Positions 11,395-26,846 of a DNA stretch of 64,000 nt are shown here, piece after piece. The position numbers and the translations under genes are program-made. The notes under the pieces are model-generated. The model did not search any database. It was not told where the DNA came from and was given only the letters and a program-made list of their open reading frames with translations. The stretch comes from Neoconidiobolus thromboides FSU 785 (Eukaryota; Fungi; Entomophthoromycota), in NCBI GenBank assembly GCA_025603075.1, contig MU626276.1:117419-181418 (forward strand), written 5' to 3'. Position 1 is the first letter of the stretch. Each line of letters opens with the position of its first letter.

Positions 11395-13702
11395 ATGAAA
11401 GTAAATATACAATAATAAATAATAAAATAGATTAATGAGTTAGAAAAATACAGGGCAAAATAACGCGCCAACTAGATTTAAAAAGAATCCATTTAAAAAG
11501 CATAAAGAAGAACTTGAATTAAAAAAGAAGGTTTCAACTATAAAAATACTCACTAAAAGTTGATGTTTTAACCCATTATATTCTTATTGCTAGAAAGAGT
11601 CCGAAGAAACCGCCAAAGTTTATGCTGATTTCTTAGCCTCATTTCAAGACTCTGGGGACGAGATAGAGGATACAGTCAAAAGACCTAACTTTATAAGCAA
11701 AGCGTTTGTAAAGGGAGAAACCATTAAACCTAGCAGTAAGTAGTCAAAATTAGACTTGGACCTAGTTAAAACTTTATTGTTTATTTTTCATATTATATGA
11801 ATATATTCTAATCTTATTATTTTTATTCTATCCCTTTGAATATTTTATATATTCTTTTGCTTAGCCGCGTTTAATAATGAGCCAAACCAACAGTTTTCAA
11901 ATCAGGTTGTGAATCATAATGAGCTATATAAACCTCCATTACTGCCATCTTTAAACACTAACTTTGTCAAAGAAACCAAAGTAGCTGCTTTAAATTATAC
12001 TAGAATACCCGCTGTATCTACTAGTAAAGATAGCAATAATGGCGGTAAAAAAGTTAGGGCAATGGATGAGTTTTTACAAGAAATTAAAAAACAACATGAA
12101 GCTGAAGAAATAATACGATCAAATTTCAAATATCAAAATAGTGCAAATTTTAAGCAGTTCCAAACCTATTCTAACCCATTAAAGAAAAAGCCAGAGATAG
12201 CTCAAAAGGCAGTTGTTGAAAATGGCGACCCTACTTCAACCTGCTTATATTTAGGTAATATTAGCTCAGAGCTTAACGAAGAAATTATTTGCCAAAACTT
12301 TGGGGCTTTTGGAGCTATTGCGAGTGTAAAGATTACTGTACCTAGAAACCTTGAAGAAGGATCACGAGTTCGTCCTTGTGCTTTTGTTTCTTTTATGGAT
12401 AGAGAAAGCGCAGTTTCAGCTAAGAATGTGATGGATGGAACTGTATTATTAGGCCAAACATTAAAGATAGGATGGGGAAAACCAATTATTATACCAGAAA
12501 AGCCATTTTATGATGCAAGTGATAAATCAAAAGTCATTAAAACTGGTAATCCATTTAATGCACGAACAGTCGCGTCAGCTGAAGTTTCAGCCGACTTTAA
12601 AGCGGTTCAGTTTTCATATGGGCGAGCTCCACAACCTTTTGAGGGTCAAAACAAAAACGTTCTTCGTCTAGAGGTACAGGTTAAGATACCCCAAGATAGG
12701 ACAATTTTAAAGCTCATTCACCAGACAATTGAATATGTCCTTTTGTATGGGTATGACTTTGAGGGACATTTATTGCAAAAAGAAGCAAATAATGAAAAGT
12801 ATCAATTTTTATATGATACAGAATGTGATGAGCATATTTATTATCGATGGAAGCTTTATTCTTTATTACAAGGCGATCTTGTAGATTCATGGAGAACAGA
12901 ATCATTTCGTATCTTTGAAGATGGGCCTTATTTCATTCCTCCACCATTATCTGGAAGCAATAATAGAACCCATACTTTAAACAAAGTAAAGGAAGTCTCT
13001 CTTCCTTATGATTCGGATGATAGTGACGTAGTAAATAGAAAAGGTCATAATGTTGAGAAAAAAGAGAATGAGGTGGATGAATGGGTTGGGTTTTTCAAGC
13101 AATTAAACGAATTAAACCTGGATCGAAATAGAATAGGATTAGCAATGGTTTTTGCTTTAGAACACGTTTCACAATCAGAAAAATTGGTAGGTATGATTCG
13201 AAGTGCTTTAATCAAAGAAGGCAATGAGTTGAATAAATCGTTAGCAATTTTATACTTAATCTCAGATATACTTTATAATCTTAGTCCAACAGTACCACAA
13301 GCATGGAAACTAAGGGCATGTATCGAGCAACATTTAGAAGCCTTTTTCAAACACGTTCATTCTCAGTATCGTGGTATCGTAGCTCGACTTAAAGCAGAAT
13401 CGTTTCGTAGACAATTTGCAGTATTGTTGGAATTATGGGAATCCTCCTTAATCTTACCCACTACTTTTTTGAGCCGACTAACAAATCTTTTAAATCATGG
13501 ACAGCCAGAGTTACCACAAGAGCTAACCAATGTAGTTCAGCACAATCCTATTTATCAGGATAATTTAGATGCACCTGAAGGAATAATTGAAGAAAAGATT
13601 GAAGTAGTTAAACCAAAGGCAGTAAAGAAGAGCAATAAAAAGCGCAGTAGGAAGATAACTCAGGTTTTAGAAGAAGATGAAGATTTGGATATGTTTGGAT
13701 AA
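11395..13702 (+). CDS. U2SURP: U2 snRNP-associated SURP motif protein (SR140): RRM + SURP + CID (4 exons)
   Basis: ATG AAA|intron 11401-11443; ESEETAKVYADFLASF; RRM LYLGNISSELNEE...CAFVSF...LKIGWGK; SURP IEYVLLYGYDFE...YYRWKLYS; CID LYLISDILYN. Confidence 0.9.
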
Positions 13703-14301
13703 ACTTTTAGCTTCTAGTTTATATTATATTAATAAAATCTATACGAAATTTCAACTGAGTTCTATTCAATAATGATATATAGTTTTCAATGTTTTTAATA
13801 CTCTTTTATTTGAATTTAAACAATTTTTATTATTATAAAATATTATAAAGTACTATAAGTCACAAATAATTTTAAACTAGTTTTATCAAACAGCTTAGTC
13901 TAAGATATTATAGTTTTAAAATTGAATTATTGTCTTGGCTGCTCTAATTTTCATGAATGGTGTATTCATAATATATATATATATATAAAGTATTGCTTTC
14001 ATAATGATTGTTAATCTTTGTATACTAATATGTGATTATTAAATTTCAAACATGACAAACATTAGAATTAGCATTATAAATCGATAGCTAATATCAAAAC
14101 ACAACTCAATTTTAGTTACTTTAATAATATAGGTAAAAAAATTTCAAAAGAACCAAAAATAAACTGTTGATACAGCATTTTAGCCTTCAACTTTCTTAAG
14201 AAGGATGAAAATTGATGAAAAGTAAGCTTAAAATGTTATTAGCAAGTATAATAGACTCAAGAGAAAAAGGTTCAAAGGTATTAGTTTGAAACTTAGTGAA
14301 A

Positions 14302-14748
14302 CTATTCTTTTTTAGCTTCAATGTTCGATTTATCTTCTTCACCCTTACTCAAAATGTTTTCTCTATTTGGTGGAGTCCCAGTTAATGTATTAATAGCAGC
14401 ATTTGTAGGGCTAGAGTGAGGAATGGTTTCAGGAGAAGGGTGTTCCACGCCTATTGGTGCTGAGTTTTTTCCTGCTTTTTGCATAGCGTAATCCCCAGAG
14501 TCAAAGTATTTCCTTTCCTATTTTTAATAAATATAATAAATAAATGTTTTCATTAAAATGTTAGCTAATATTACTTTAACTTTAGGCATCATCACATTTT
14601 TATTGGTTGGAAGTTTACCATATAAACGAAACGATTTTAACTCTTCTTCGGATAGTTTCTATAATGTATCAATATTAATTTTTATAAATTTGCTTAGTCT
14701 GCAGTTTATTACACTTAAGTCAATCTTATTCTGTTTAGCGGGAAGCAT
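14302..14748 (-). CDS. IGO1: Igo1/endosulfine (ARPP19-family) PP2A inhibitor (3 exons)
   Basis: Spliced MLPAKQNKIDLS|KLSEEELKSFRLYGKLP...|ERKYFDSGDYAMQKAG; FDSGDY is the Greatwall/Rim15 phosphosite motif. Confidence 0.92.
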
Positions 14749-15844
14749 CTTATATTAAATAAAAAAACAATCAATTTTTGTATTGAAAATTTTATAGCTA
14801 GACAATGATGATGACAAGACAAACTTAAATTCTATTGGCTAAAAATTAGGTCATGAACTTAATGGGTGCGTTACTTGATAAGCAAAATTTAGAATTAACG
14901 TTAAAACCGGAGATATTTAGTAAATCAAAATTTAGGTGCCAAATTGGCAGGGAGTTGTTATCACTGAATTTTTTTCTCCCAAGACAATTTTTAGTAAGAT
15001 GAATTACAATTTAATAGAGCTATTGTTCAAACTGATTTTGAAACGTTAAAATAATTCTTTGTTCAAAAATAGCTTTTATAAACGCTATAGAACCAAACAA
15101 AACTTTTTGATATATATAATGATTGCTTACTTGACATAAAGAATAGTATAGAGTTTTTTCTAGTGAATAACTTATTTTAAATTAGCTCTTAAATCAAATT
15201 ATTAGTTCCAGATAAAAGAATATTTACTTTTATCCGACTAACTTTATAACAAGTTAAAGAATTTTATTTGAAAAAATAAAAGGCAAATTGCTTATTTATT
15301 AATAGTAACATGTGATTACTAAGGGTGGTTATCTTTTATTTTTGTTAATAAGTGATATTTCTATCTGGATATGTTTTGTTATACTTTATTAATCTAATTA
15401 GTTACTCAAAATTTAAGCTTAAAAAGTAAACAAATAGCTGTAGTGAAAAGAACTTTAAAATTTAACCATTTTATTCTAAAAATAAAGTTCAAATTACTGA
15501 AACCATTGATTTAAATAATTTATCACAATATGATATATTTAATGTCATGGAAAAAATGTCTAAATACACATATACTTGCCATATTTTTGATTAAATGATG
15601 TCAAATAATTTCATTTATTAAAAATATAATAATTTTCATTATTTAGTTTTTAAATTAAACTTTATTTAGCTAAAAAGAAGCATAAACTTTAATTAAGGGG
15701 TAAATTAAAGAGCTAGAATAGGAATGGGATTACGACTTAGGTTCAAGGAAAATGTGGCATTTGAATTAACTGAAAATATAAAAAGAAGCTTATAATAATT
15801 TTTTTCTACTTTTTTATCAAAATCAAAACTTATTTATTTCAACA

Positions 15845-18800
15845 ATGAGTTTACCGCTGTTACCTGAGAATAAAAAAGATGTCCAGAATACCAATACGAA
15901 TGGCAGAGATCAATATATGCTATTAAACGAAGAAAACTTGACTGATGAATGTACCTTTATTGAAGAAGGATATAATGATGAATATATAAAAGAAGGTCAA
16001 TTTAATAAGGTAAATATAAAGAAATAACAGAAAATAAGTAATGACTTTAATTTATGTAGTGTGTCAAAAATAAATATGCTACCATAACCTTAATTGTATT
16101 AATTTTATTATGTATAGTAGGGTTCCTAATAGACTTTGTATATTGTAAAATTAAGTTTTATATTATAAATATAATTTATTTATTTGTATTAGATGATTAT
16201 TTATTTCCTAAAGTAAATGATTTATCTCAAGTTAATAAAGATAATTTAAACGAAGCTCAACTTAAAGGTAGCTTAAGTGAATTGGATAACCCTCAGATAG
16301 ATCAACTATTGATAAATAAAAAAGTATTTGAGTTAGATGATATATATAATAGTACCTTTAGACCAGAGACCTCAAACTGGGAGTGGGTTGAAGGTGATAA
16401 TGATGGTTTATATACTTATGAAGAGCGTGCCACTGGAAAAATTTATTTAAAACATGCTTCCATGTTATTTAACTTTAACACTCAATTTGAAGACAAAGTA
16501 TTAATTACACGTCAAGAAATTGATAAACATGATTCAAAACATCCCTTCAATTTTTATAAAATATCGGCCGATCTTAATTATATTATGGTTGCAAATCGAT
16601 ATGATAAAGTTTGGCGTCACTCATATACTTCACGTTATCGTATCTTTGACCTTAAAAATAGAAGTAAAGAACCATTGTTAATTTCACCTGGAAGATTTAT
16701 AAAAAAATCAAAATCCGATAATGAACAAAAAGATGTTGAAGAAGATTTTATATCATTATTTAAATGGAGTCCAAAAGGTCATGATATTAGCTTTGTTTAT
16801 CGTAATGATGTATTTGTATTAACTCATGAATTTAAAAAATTACGTAAAGTATCTAAAAATGGAAGTGAGGATATTATTAATGGAATACCTGATTGGGTTT
16901 ATGAAGAAGAAGTATTTGCTTCAGATACCGCTATGTGGTGGTCTTTAGATGGAACTTATCTTGCTTATTTATCTTTTGATGATAGTAAAGTTAATACGTT
17001 TCAAGTACCATTGTATACAAATGAAGCTATTATTAAACATAAGAACTTATTACCCACAGCTTTACCTAAACTACCAAATCAAATAGAACAATCTCAAATT
17101 CAAAATTGGTTAAATAAGTTTGATGATTATCCACAGTATCTTAAATTTAAGTATCCAAAAGTAAATTTATATATTATATTATATCAGTATATTAATTTTG
17201 TATTTATTATTTAATATTATTTAGTCTGGGCATAATAATCCAAAAGTGACTTTGAAATTATATCAAAGTAGGGATGATGAAAAATTCCAAGATAACTTAG
17301 ATATATTAGATACGTTTCCATTGTTCAATGTAGAAATAGATATACAGTCTTATTTAAAAACAAAAAATATTGATTATAAATTACAAAATTTAGTACCAAG
17401 TATATTAAAAGATAAGGATAGAATTATATCGGATGTAGTATGGACAACAGAAAAAGGAAAATTGTTATTTCGATTTACTAATAGGCAACAAGATTTTATT
17501 GTTACTTGTATTATCAACATAAATGATTTAAATAGTATAACAGAACATGATATTGATAATAATATTAAAAATATTAAGGGTAAAGTTATCAGATTAGAAT
17601 TAGGAGGTAAAGATTTTTCTAATAATTTGGATGGAGATGGTGGATGGTATCAAACGGATTCTCATTCTATTTATGTAATACCAAAAAATGATAAATTTGG
17701 AATTAATGAAGCAAGTTATATTGATAAAATAGTTTATAATAATCATTATCATTTTGCTTTATTTAATTTAAATTCAGATGAACCAATAAAAATATTAACA
17801 AAAGGAAACTATGATGTTGAATCAATTGAAGGTTATGATAATAAAAACGGAATACTTTATTATAAAAGTAGAGAATTACATTCTACTGCTAGTCATATAT
17901 TTTCTATTAAAATTGATATTGGAAATAAAAAACATATTTCAAATGAAACATCAACTTCACTACAAAGTATGAGATCATTGCCTTTGACAGAGAATGAAAA
18001 ACAAAATAAATTAGATTTAGATAATTTAGGTCATTTCAATTCCAGAGTATCACCTAATGGAATATATATGATATTAAGCTATCTTGGACCACATATACCT
18101 TATCAAGTATTAATCAAATCTGGCGAAATAGAAGAAGCCAAAGCATTAATTAATAATCAAAAATTATTTAAAAAACTATCAGGTTATCTTTTACCACAAG
18201 TAAAATTTAGAGAAATTAAAGTAAATGGTCAAACTCTTAATTCAAAGGAAATACTGCCTCCACAATTTCAACCTAAGTCTAATAAATATCGTTTATTGTT
18301 TCGTTGTTATGGTGGTCCAGAATCTCAATTAGTTACAAGGAACTTTGAATTAAATTTCCATACTTGGTTAACTTCAAGTCATTCTGATATTGCTGTTATT
18401 ACTGTTGATGGTCGAGGTACTGCCTATAAAGGACGTAAATTTGCAGTTGGGATTACTGGCAATTTAGGTCAACAAGAAGCGCAAGATCAATTAGGGGCTG
18501 CTAAATTATATTCTAATTATAGCTGGGTTCATAAAGATCGATTAGCTATTTGGGGATGGTCCTATGGTGGATTCCTTACTTCTAAAGTAGTTGAAGCAGA
18601 TAATCAAACTCAATTTAAAGTAGCTATTTCAGTAGCTCCAGTAACAGATTGGCGATTTTATGATTCTATTTATACTGAAAGATACATGAAATTACCAGAA
18701 TATAATATGCAAGGTTATAATGAAGCGGCAGTTCATGATGTTTTAAATTTCAATAATACCAATTATTTATTGTTACATGGAGTAGCAGATGACAACGTTC

Positions 18801-18961
18801 ATTATCAAAATTCCTTAAATCTTTTAAATTTATTTTCTCAATTTAATATAACGAAACCTAAGTTTCATTCGTTTACTGACAATGATCATTCTATTGCTAT
18901 TCCTCATGCTAATAAGCATCTTTATACACGTATCATTGATCATTTAAATAATTATTTATAG
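15845..18961 (+). CDS. Dipeptidyl aminopeptidase, S9B/DPP4 family (Dap2/Ste13-like), type II membrane protein
   Basis: N-terminal TM segment in exon 2, GIPDWVYEEEV, GWSYGG nucleophile, DDNVH and DHSI catalytic Asp/His. Confidence 0.93.
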
Positions 18962-19107
18962 CTATAGTTATTTTATTATTAATAAAGTTTACCTTTTCTT
19001 TGTTTAAAGTTATAACATTATATTTATACAAAAATTAAAAAATGACTTTATATCAAATAAACATGTTTATTTTATCTATAGTTTAAATGAATTATTAAAT
19101 TTTAAAG

Positions 19108-20586
<1,479 letters not shown>

Positions 20587-21034
20587 TTTTGGACTTCAAA
20601 GTAAGAAAAAGGTAAAGTTAAATTTTCAAAATTTTATTTTTTAGTTTAAGTTGAATTAAATCAAGAAAAAATTCAATATCATGGATTTTGTATTTTATAA
20701 TAGATCATTATAAAATTTGTTATAAAATTTATTATTTGATATAGTAAATATACTGATGATAATAAAAGTATTTTCACAATATTCATTATAGATACATAAG
20801 TTAAATAAAAAGTATTTAATATTTTGATAAAATTATGAATTTTTATTTAAATATAATATAAATATCAATGAGATTATTAGTCAAATAATTATAAAATTTG
20901 GTAATACTCTATATATAACAAATTGATAAAGATCCAGACTATTATACATAGATTTTGAAAATTATAGATTAAAGCCTTAGATAAAACTTTATAAATTTTT
21001 GTTTACATCTCAGGACAATAATCTTTTAAAATTT

Positions 21035-21127
21035 AAGAATGTTTTGGCTTCATTACTTTTTTTATTTTTTGAGTGCTATTTGAGCGGAATTTATTAGCAA
21101 AATTCTTAAACAGAAAAATACATCCCC
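21035..21127. mobile_element. MITE copy 4
   Basis: Right end AAAATACATCCCC intact, left end decayed; direct flanks ATTT/ATTT. Confidence 0.8.
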
Positions 21128-21612
21128 ATTTATTTTTCATTTATTTTGATCCTTCTGCAAATATTTAAAACTGAAAGTCTAAAAAATTTCCGAAAACTCA
21201 TTAGAAAATTCAGGCTTAAAACATGATATTGATTGTAGCCATACCTTCAAAATACACATCCATATAAGGAAGTTTTAAGGATACAATATAATGCAGTAGC
21301 CTTGCCTACTAATATATATTCACTATAACTGTGTTTATATAATAAATATGAAATAAAATCAGCAATAATTTAATTAATTATCCGCAACAATGAGCTCATA
21401 ACTGAGTTATCCAAAACAAAATTAAGTCATTTTTAATACAAATAGCCTAAAGATAGAATATTATGAGCTAATAATTTGCCCAAATTTAAGGCATAATCTA
21501 CACTCAAGTACCAAACATAATCTTAACCTTAAACATGTGATTCTATTTAATTTTCATTGTATTTTTTTAATTATTTAGTTTTTTTATTTTTTTAATTACT
21601 CTTTTAACGAAA

Positions 21613-22178
21613 ATGAAATTAAACTTGCCATTACTTTTAGTATGCTTAACCAACGTGATAGCAAGCTTTAACCCAAATAATAAAGATTTTAACCTTGGAG
21701 AACAAAGTTTGGATAAGTGTAGCGAGATTGAATTATCAAAGAAGGTTTTATATGATTGTTCAAAACGAGAAGCACCATTAAAGATTCATAACGTAGTTTT
21801 AAATCCTAACCCACCAAAAAGAGGTAAAAAACTGGAGATCAAAGCTTCTGGGTACACTAGTGAAGATATTTTACCTGGATCAAAACTCAAAATTGCTGTT
21901 AAGTTAGGTTTGATTAAGTTAATAGAATTAAATTATGACTTGTGTGATACAGTCAAGGATTATGGATTGGAATGCCCTGTTAAAAAAGGACCAGTCAATG
22001 TCACTACTTCGGTTGATTTACCAAATGAAATTCCTATGGTAATTTAAGTAATTTTATTGAGTAAAATATACATTAACTAGTATTTTAGGGGACTTTCATT
22101 GTTGATGCTGTTGCTACTTCAAATGAAAAGAAAGAGTTGGCACATATCATAGCTAAACTTCACTTTTCTTTTAACTAA
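21613..22178 (+). CDS. NPC2: ML-domain sterol/lipid transfer protein (2 exons)
   Basis: Signal peptide; NPNPPKRGKKLEIKASG, VKLGLIKLI, DLC...LECPVKKG, LPNEIP. Confidence 0.88.
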
Positions 22179-22501
22179 ATAGGCATTAACTTGTATTTTA
22201 TTCGCTTTTATAAATGAATATTTAATTTGGCCAATATAAATCATTATTTATTAATTTTTTATTTTACTTTATTTATGATATTAAAATCAGCTACATTAAA
22301 TCGTTAAATAAAAAAAACATTTTTTAGAGTTAGTATTTATTCTCGTCGTGTTTTAAAGAAAATAGCACTGGAAAATTAGAATGTAGACAATAACTTATAA
22401 AGAATCGGTTTACATTCATTGACTCTTTTTCTTAAGCATTAGTCTTAATCCTTACACCAAAATTATAATTTAAAAAGTTTTTCAAATGCAGCATAACAAA
22501 T

Positions 22502-23814
22502 TTACAAAAAGTAATCTGGCAAAGGTTTTTTAGCTGGCGCTGTTCTTTCATCCTAAAAATATTTAATTTATATTTATATCTAAAGTTGCATTAATTAAAG
22601 TTACATATGGTGCTGCATTAAAAACACGATAGTCTTGTTTAAGATTTTCATCCAATTTTAATATTGCTGCTACATTTCCACAACTAAATAGCTATTATTA
22701 TATATAATTTGTTAATGATAAAATTTTACCGATAACAATAATTTGGTGCCGACCAAACAGTCACTACTTTTCCATCGAACATTCTTTTATAACCTTCCAT
22801 AACTAATTGATGTGCTCTTGCAACTAATTGTAATCCATTTCGATGCATAAACTAACTATTTAATTATCTTATAAATAACACATTAAGTATTTACCTTTTC
22901 TGTGACATTTCCTCCAAACAGGCAACCTGCTCCTCTTGGACTTACTCTCCATCCTTCAACATCTATTATATATATTAATAAATCCCTCTTTTGACCATTT
23001 TAAAAAAATACCATCTGGATCTGACCATAGCAAATCACACATTGCACCTTCATGTGGCACCTCTTGTTTGCGATCAATTGTTCTAATCTTAAAACTAATT
23101 TAATTGGAACTTTTAATAAATAATTTATTACCTGATCTAAAAAATCAATCTTTGGTGATAGTCCACCATGGACACATAATACTCTATCATCAATGATAGC
23201 TGATAACGAAAGGTAATCAAACACTTCACAACAATATCGCCACACGTTGGCTGAGCCATATTTCCTAAAACATTCATCATAAAATCCATAAACTTGGGTA
23301 ATTTGTCTAGATTCATGATTCCCTCTTATCAATGTCATTCGGTCTGGATACCTTACTTTTAAAGCTAGTAAAAGTAAAAATGTTTCTACACTATTAAAAC
23401 CTCGATCTACAAAATCACCTTTATAATTATGTTATTACTTTGTTAATATAATTTAAAATTTTATCTACCTAGAAAGATGTAGTTAGTATCTGGGCAAGGA
23501 CCTCCAACTTTAAATAGTTCCATTAAATCATGAAATTGACCATGAATGTCGCCACATATCTATAATATATAATTGAAGTTTTAATAAAAATAAAAACTAA
23601 ATATTACTATATTGCTAACTTACAGTAACAGGAGAATAGATTCTTAATAAGTTGCCTTCTTCTAAAAGTAGCTCCCTTGCTCTATTACATAAAGATTTGA
23701 CTTCGTTTTCTGGAATGATTTGACACTTTCGCAATGTTTCGATTTGTCTTTTAAAAAATTGAGTTGATTAAAAGTATACTTACTATTGAATTACCTATCC
23801 AATTCTGAATTCAT
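22502..23814 (-). CDS. PPH3: Ser/Thr phosphatase PP4 catalytic subunit (multi-exon)
   Basis: [51 protein letters not shown]-terminal PDYFL. Confidence 0.88.
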
Positions 23815-24202
23815 TTTTAAATAATAATTTAATAGAAAAAATAGAAAAAGTAGCAGGATAGAAAAAGAGTTTTGTTCCCTTTTTGATCTAGCTTTTTAAT
23901 TAAAAATATGCTTAAATATGAAGATTTAAATGGTATATTTTTTGCAATATTTTAGATCAGATAAATAACTGATTAATTCAAGTATTTGAACTCGTATTGT
24001 ATTTTTAATTTTGAGAATAATCTTATTGTGCTTAGCGTACTTAGTATCTAATATAATAAATAAAGTAAATTAAAAAATATTTTATAATATAACATTTATT
24101 TATATCAATTTTGATAAAATTTCAGTTTGAATTTGAATTTTTTATTATTTATAAATAGAAAAAAGATATTTATCGCACATTAATTTTTTAATATTTTTGG
24201 CT

Positions 24203-25764
24203 CTAATCGCTAAATAAAAATAATTAATAATCGCAAAATACATACATCTACCTTATAGTCGACCCATAGATATACTCTAAAAAGTATGTTAAGTCAAATT
24301 CGATATTAACTATGTCTACTTACCTGTACACTCATCTTTTAAACAATCATTACAATCTTCTTTTGACTGATAACAACCACAGCCACATGTTCTAATTCCA
24401 TCTCTATCAACATATTCAGTATCCGGTCCAAGGTTTGGTTTACAACATCCCCCTCCCGTAGTAGAGCATCTGCAACCATCTCTACAATTATTACATCTTG
24501 AGTCAATTTTAACTGCTTTACTTCTATCAGCGTCTCTAGTTTCTTTATCTCTAGAAGGTCGGCAACAACTGGGGATCTTATCATCTGGAGATTCTTTACG
24601 ATAAATACTTTTAAGTTGTTCTTCAGTTGCAGGCTCATTAAATCTAGCGATTAAATTTGAATTGATTGAAGCTTGCTGTAATTTATCTTGTCCATAAGTT
24701 AGAAGTGAGAACTCTTTGGTAATATACGATACTGAATTTTCGTCAAATGTATCTGATTTAGCTGGTGATTTACTACTACAGCATTCTTTTTCTTTAATAC
24801 CTGGGCTTATTGAACCTTCTGATGACATACCACCACAGCAACCGCCTTTTTTAGGTAAACTAGGATCACTCAAATTAGTCGTAGCTTTATCTCCAGGTGT
24901 TCTACAACATATACAAATTTTTCCATTTAAACAGCAATTACAAGGGTTAAGTAAATTATCTAAACTTAGTTTTGAACCTTCAAAAATTGAAGGTGCAACA
25001 CTTTTGCAACCACATGCACAGAAGCTTTTAGATACTATTTTTCCATTTACTGATTTGATAAATTTTCCAGGATGCTCTTTCTTTTTTGAGCTACAGCAAG
25101 ATCCTTCCTTTTTTTCGTTTATGCTCTTACTGTTCACACTTATCGAATTGGAGATGACTTGAACATTCTGGGCTTGAGTTTTAACTAAGCTAAAATTATC
25201 TGTTTTTTTATTCTCAACTAGAGTTTCATCTCCATTCTTTGGTGTACAGCAACTTGATACCGTAATATCGCTTCCAACGGCTATCTTTTGCTCTGATTTT
25301 GGTCTACAAAATTTGGTTGTTGGCGTATCACAAATCAATTCACAGCACTGACAATGGCTGGATTTTGAACAGTCACAAGGATTTAATAAATCTTCAACTA
25401 AAATAATGAATAAACAATTTGATAACTGGATTAAAATTAACTACCTTTTAAGCCGCCGTTTGAGTCTCTCTTGCCACCAGGTGGTGTACATGAAGGATGA
25501 GCACCCTGGCCTTAAAAATTGAATTTAATGTATGGCAATGTTTTTTGTATATCAATTCTTACCCAACTGTGCTCTTTCTGCACATATACATTTTATATGC
25601 AATTTTTTCGTTTTTCTTAACTCCCTACAATGAGCACATTGTGTTATTGGTCTTCCTTTTTTTCTTATTTCAATTTGAGGGCGATCACTATGCTGACATG
25701 TAGAAGCACGATGGCCTTTGATACATGTGGCACAGGAAAATTTGATGCCATTAATGACAACCAT
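24203..25764 (-). CDS. Copper-fist transcription factor (Mac1/Cuf1/Ace1 family) with Cys-rich body; ends in 25-nt and 7-nt coding exons
   Basis: CATCIKGHRASTCQH...KGRPITQCAHCR copper-fist domain; LEDLLNPC; many CC/CxC clusters; spliced end DECT|EYIYGSTI|SD*. Confidence 0.9.
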
Positions 25765-26490
25765 CTTTTTTAATGGATTTAATTTAAGGTTTGGTTTGTA
25801 AAATAGATTATTATAATTTTAAAGTTATTATAAAATAGTAGGGAAGGTTTAGAACATCTTAGATCCTAAAAAGGAAGTTGGTTAGAAAAAAAAGAAGGTT
25901 TTATGCTTACGATTGCACCAATTAAAAGGAGATAGATTTATTAATTTAGTCCTATTATTTTATTTCCTGATTACTAATAATTTCATTTTGTAAATGAACT
26001 TAGATCAAAAAATCCAGACATTTGGTTTTATAAAAAAATTGGAACGTTTTTTACCTTTATCTATTATTAAGGCTATCTATTTAACATAATAGGTGCATCA
26101 AAAACAAATTAAGCATTATTGAAATATATAATTTAAATATATTTAAATTATATTCTAAACTTAACTTTAACAAATATTATTATTTAAAAATCTGCTCGCT
26201 TTAAAAATATTTTAATTAACGCTGTATTAGTCATTTGTTTTCTAAAACAAAATAAAATAAAATAAAATAAAATTTGAAATAGCTATCAAAGTATTATTAA
26301 TTTCTTGGCTTTAACTTTGAACCTTTAAGTCATGTTTACTAATATGTGGTGAACCAGATTTATGCATTATTGAGATTATTACTACTATAGTTTGAAAACA
26401 AATATTTTATTTTTTATTTTTAAATATTATATTTAATTGATATCCTCTTATTTATACTAAGCTTTTATTTGTTTTGTAAAAATACAATAA

Positions 26491-26587
26491 GGGGATGTTT
26501 TCTTGTGTTTAAGAATTTTACTACAATCTTTCCACTCAAATAGTGCTTAAAAAATGGAAAAATAATGAAATTAAAAAAAAAATCCCC
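26491..26587. mobile_element. MITE copy 5
   Basis: GGGGATGTTTT...AATCCCC; direct flanks ATAA/ATAA. Confidence 0.9.
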
Positions 26588-26846
26588 ATAATCTAATCTT
26601 TATTTTTATACAATAATTTTTGTAAAATTTAACTTCCTAATTTTTAATAATTTTATTAAACTTTATTTAAACTTGTAATATGTCTTTATTTGAACTTTTG
26701 ATCTAATTTTTTTTATAATTGTTTGAAATACTATTATTACATTTAACATTATTTTGTGTTTTTAAACTCTTAATTTTATTCTTTTTAAAATCCGAATATT
26801 AAAAAATTCATTTATTTTCATAAAAATAGTTAACTACAAATTAATT

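Noticed and set aside
14805-14968. Possible C/D snoRNA (ATGATGA...CTGA) and nearby TGCCAAATTGGCA palindrome
   Set aside because: No terminal stem or recognisable guide; such short motifs arise by chance at this AT content.
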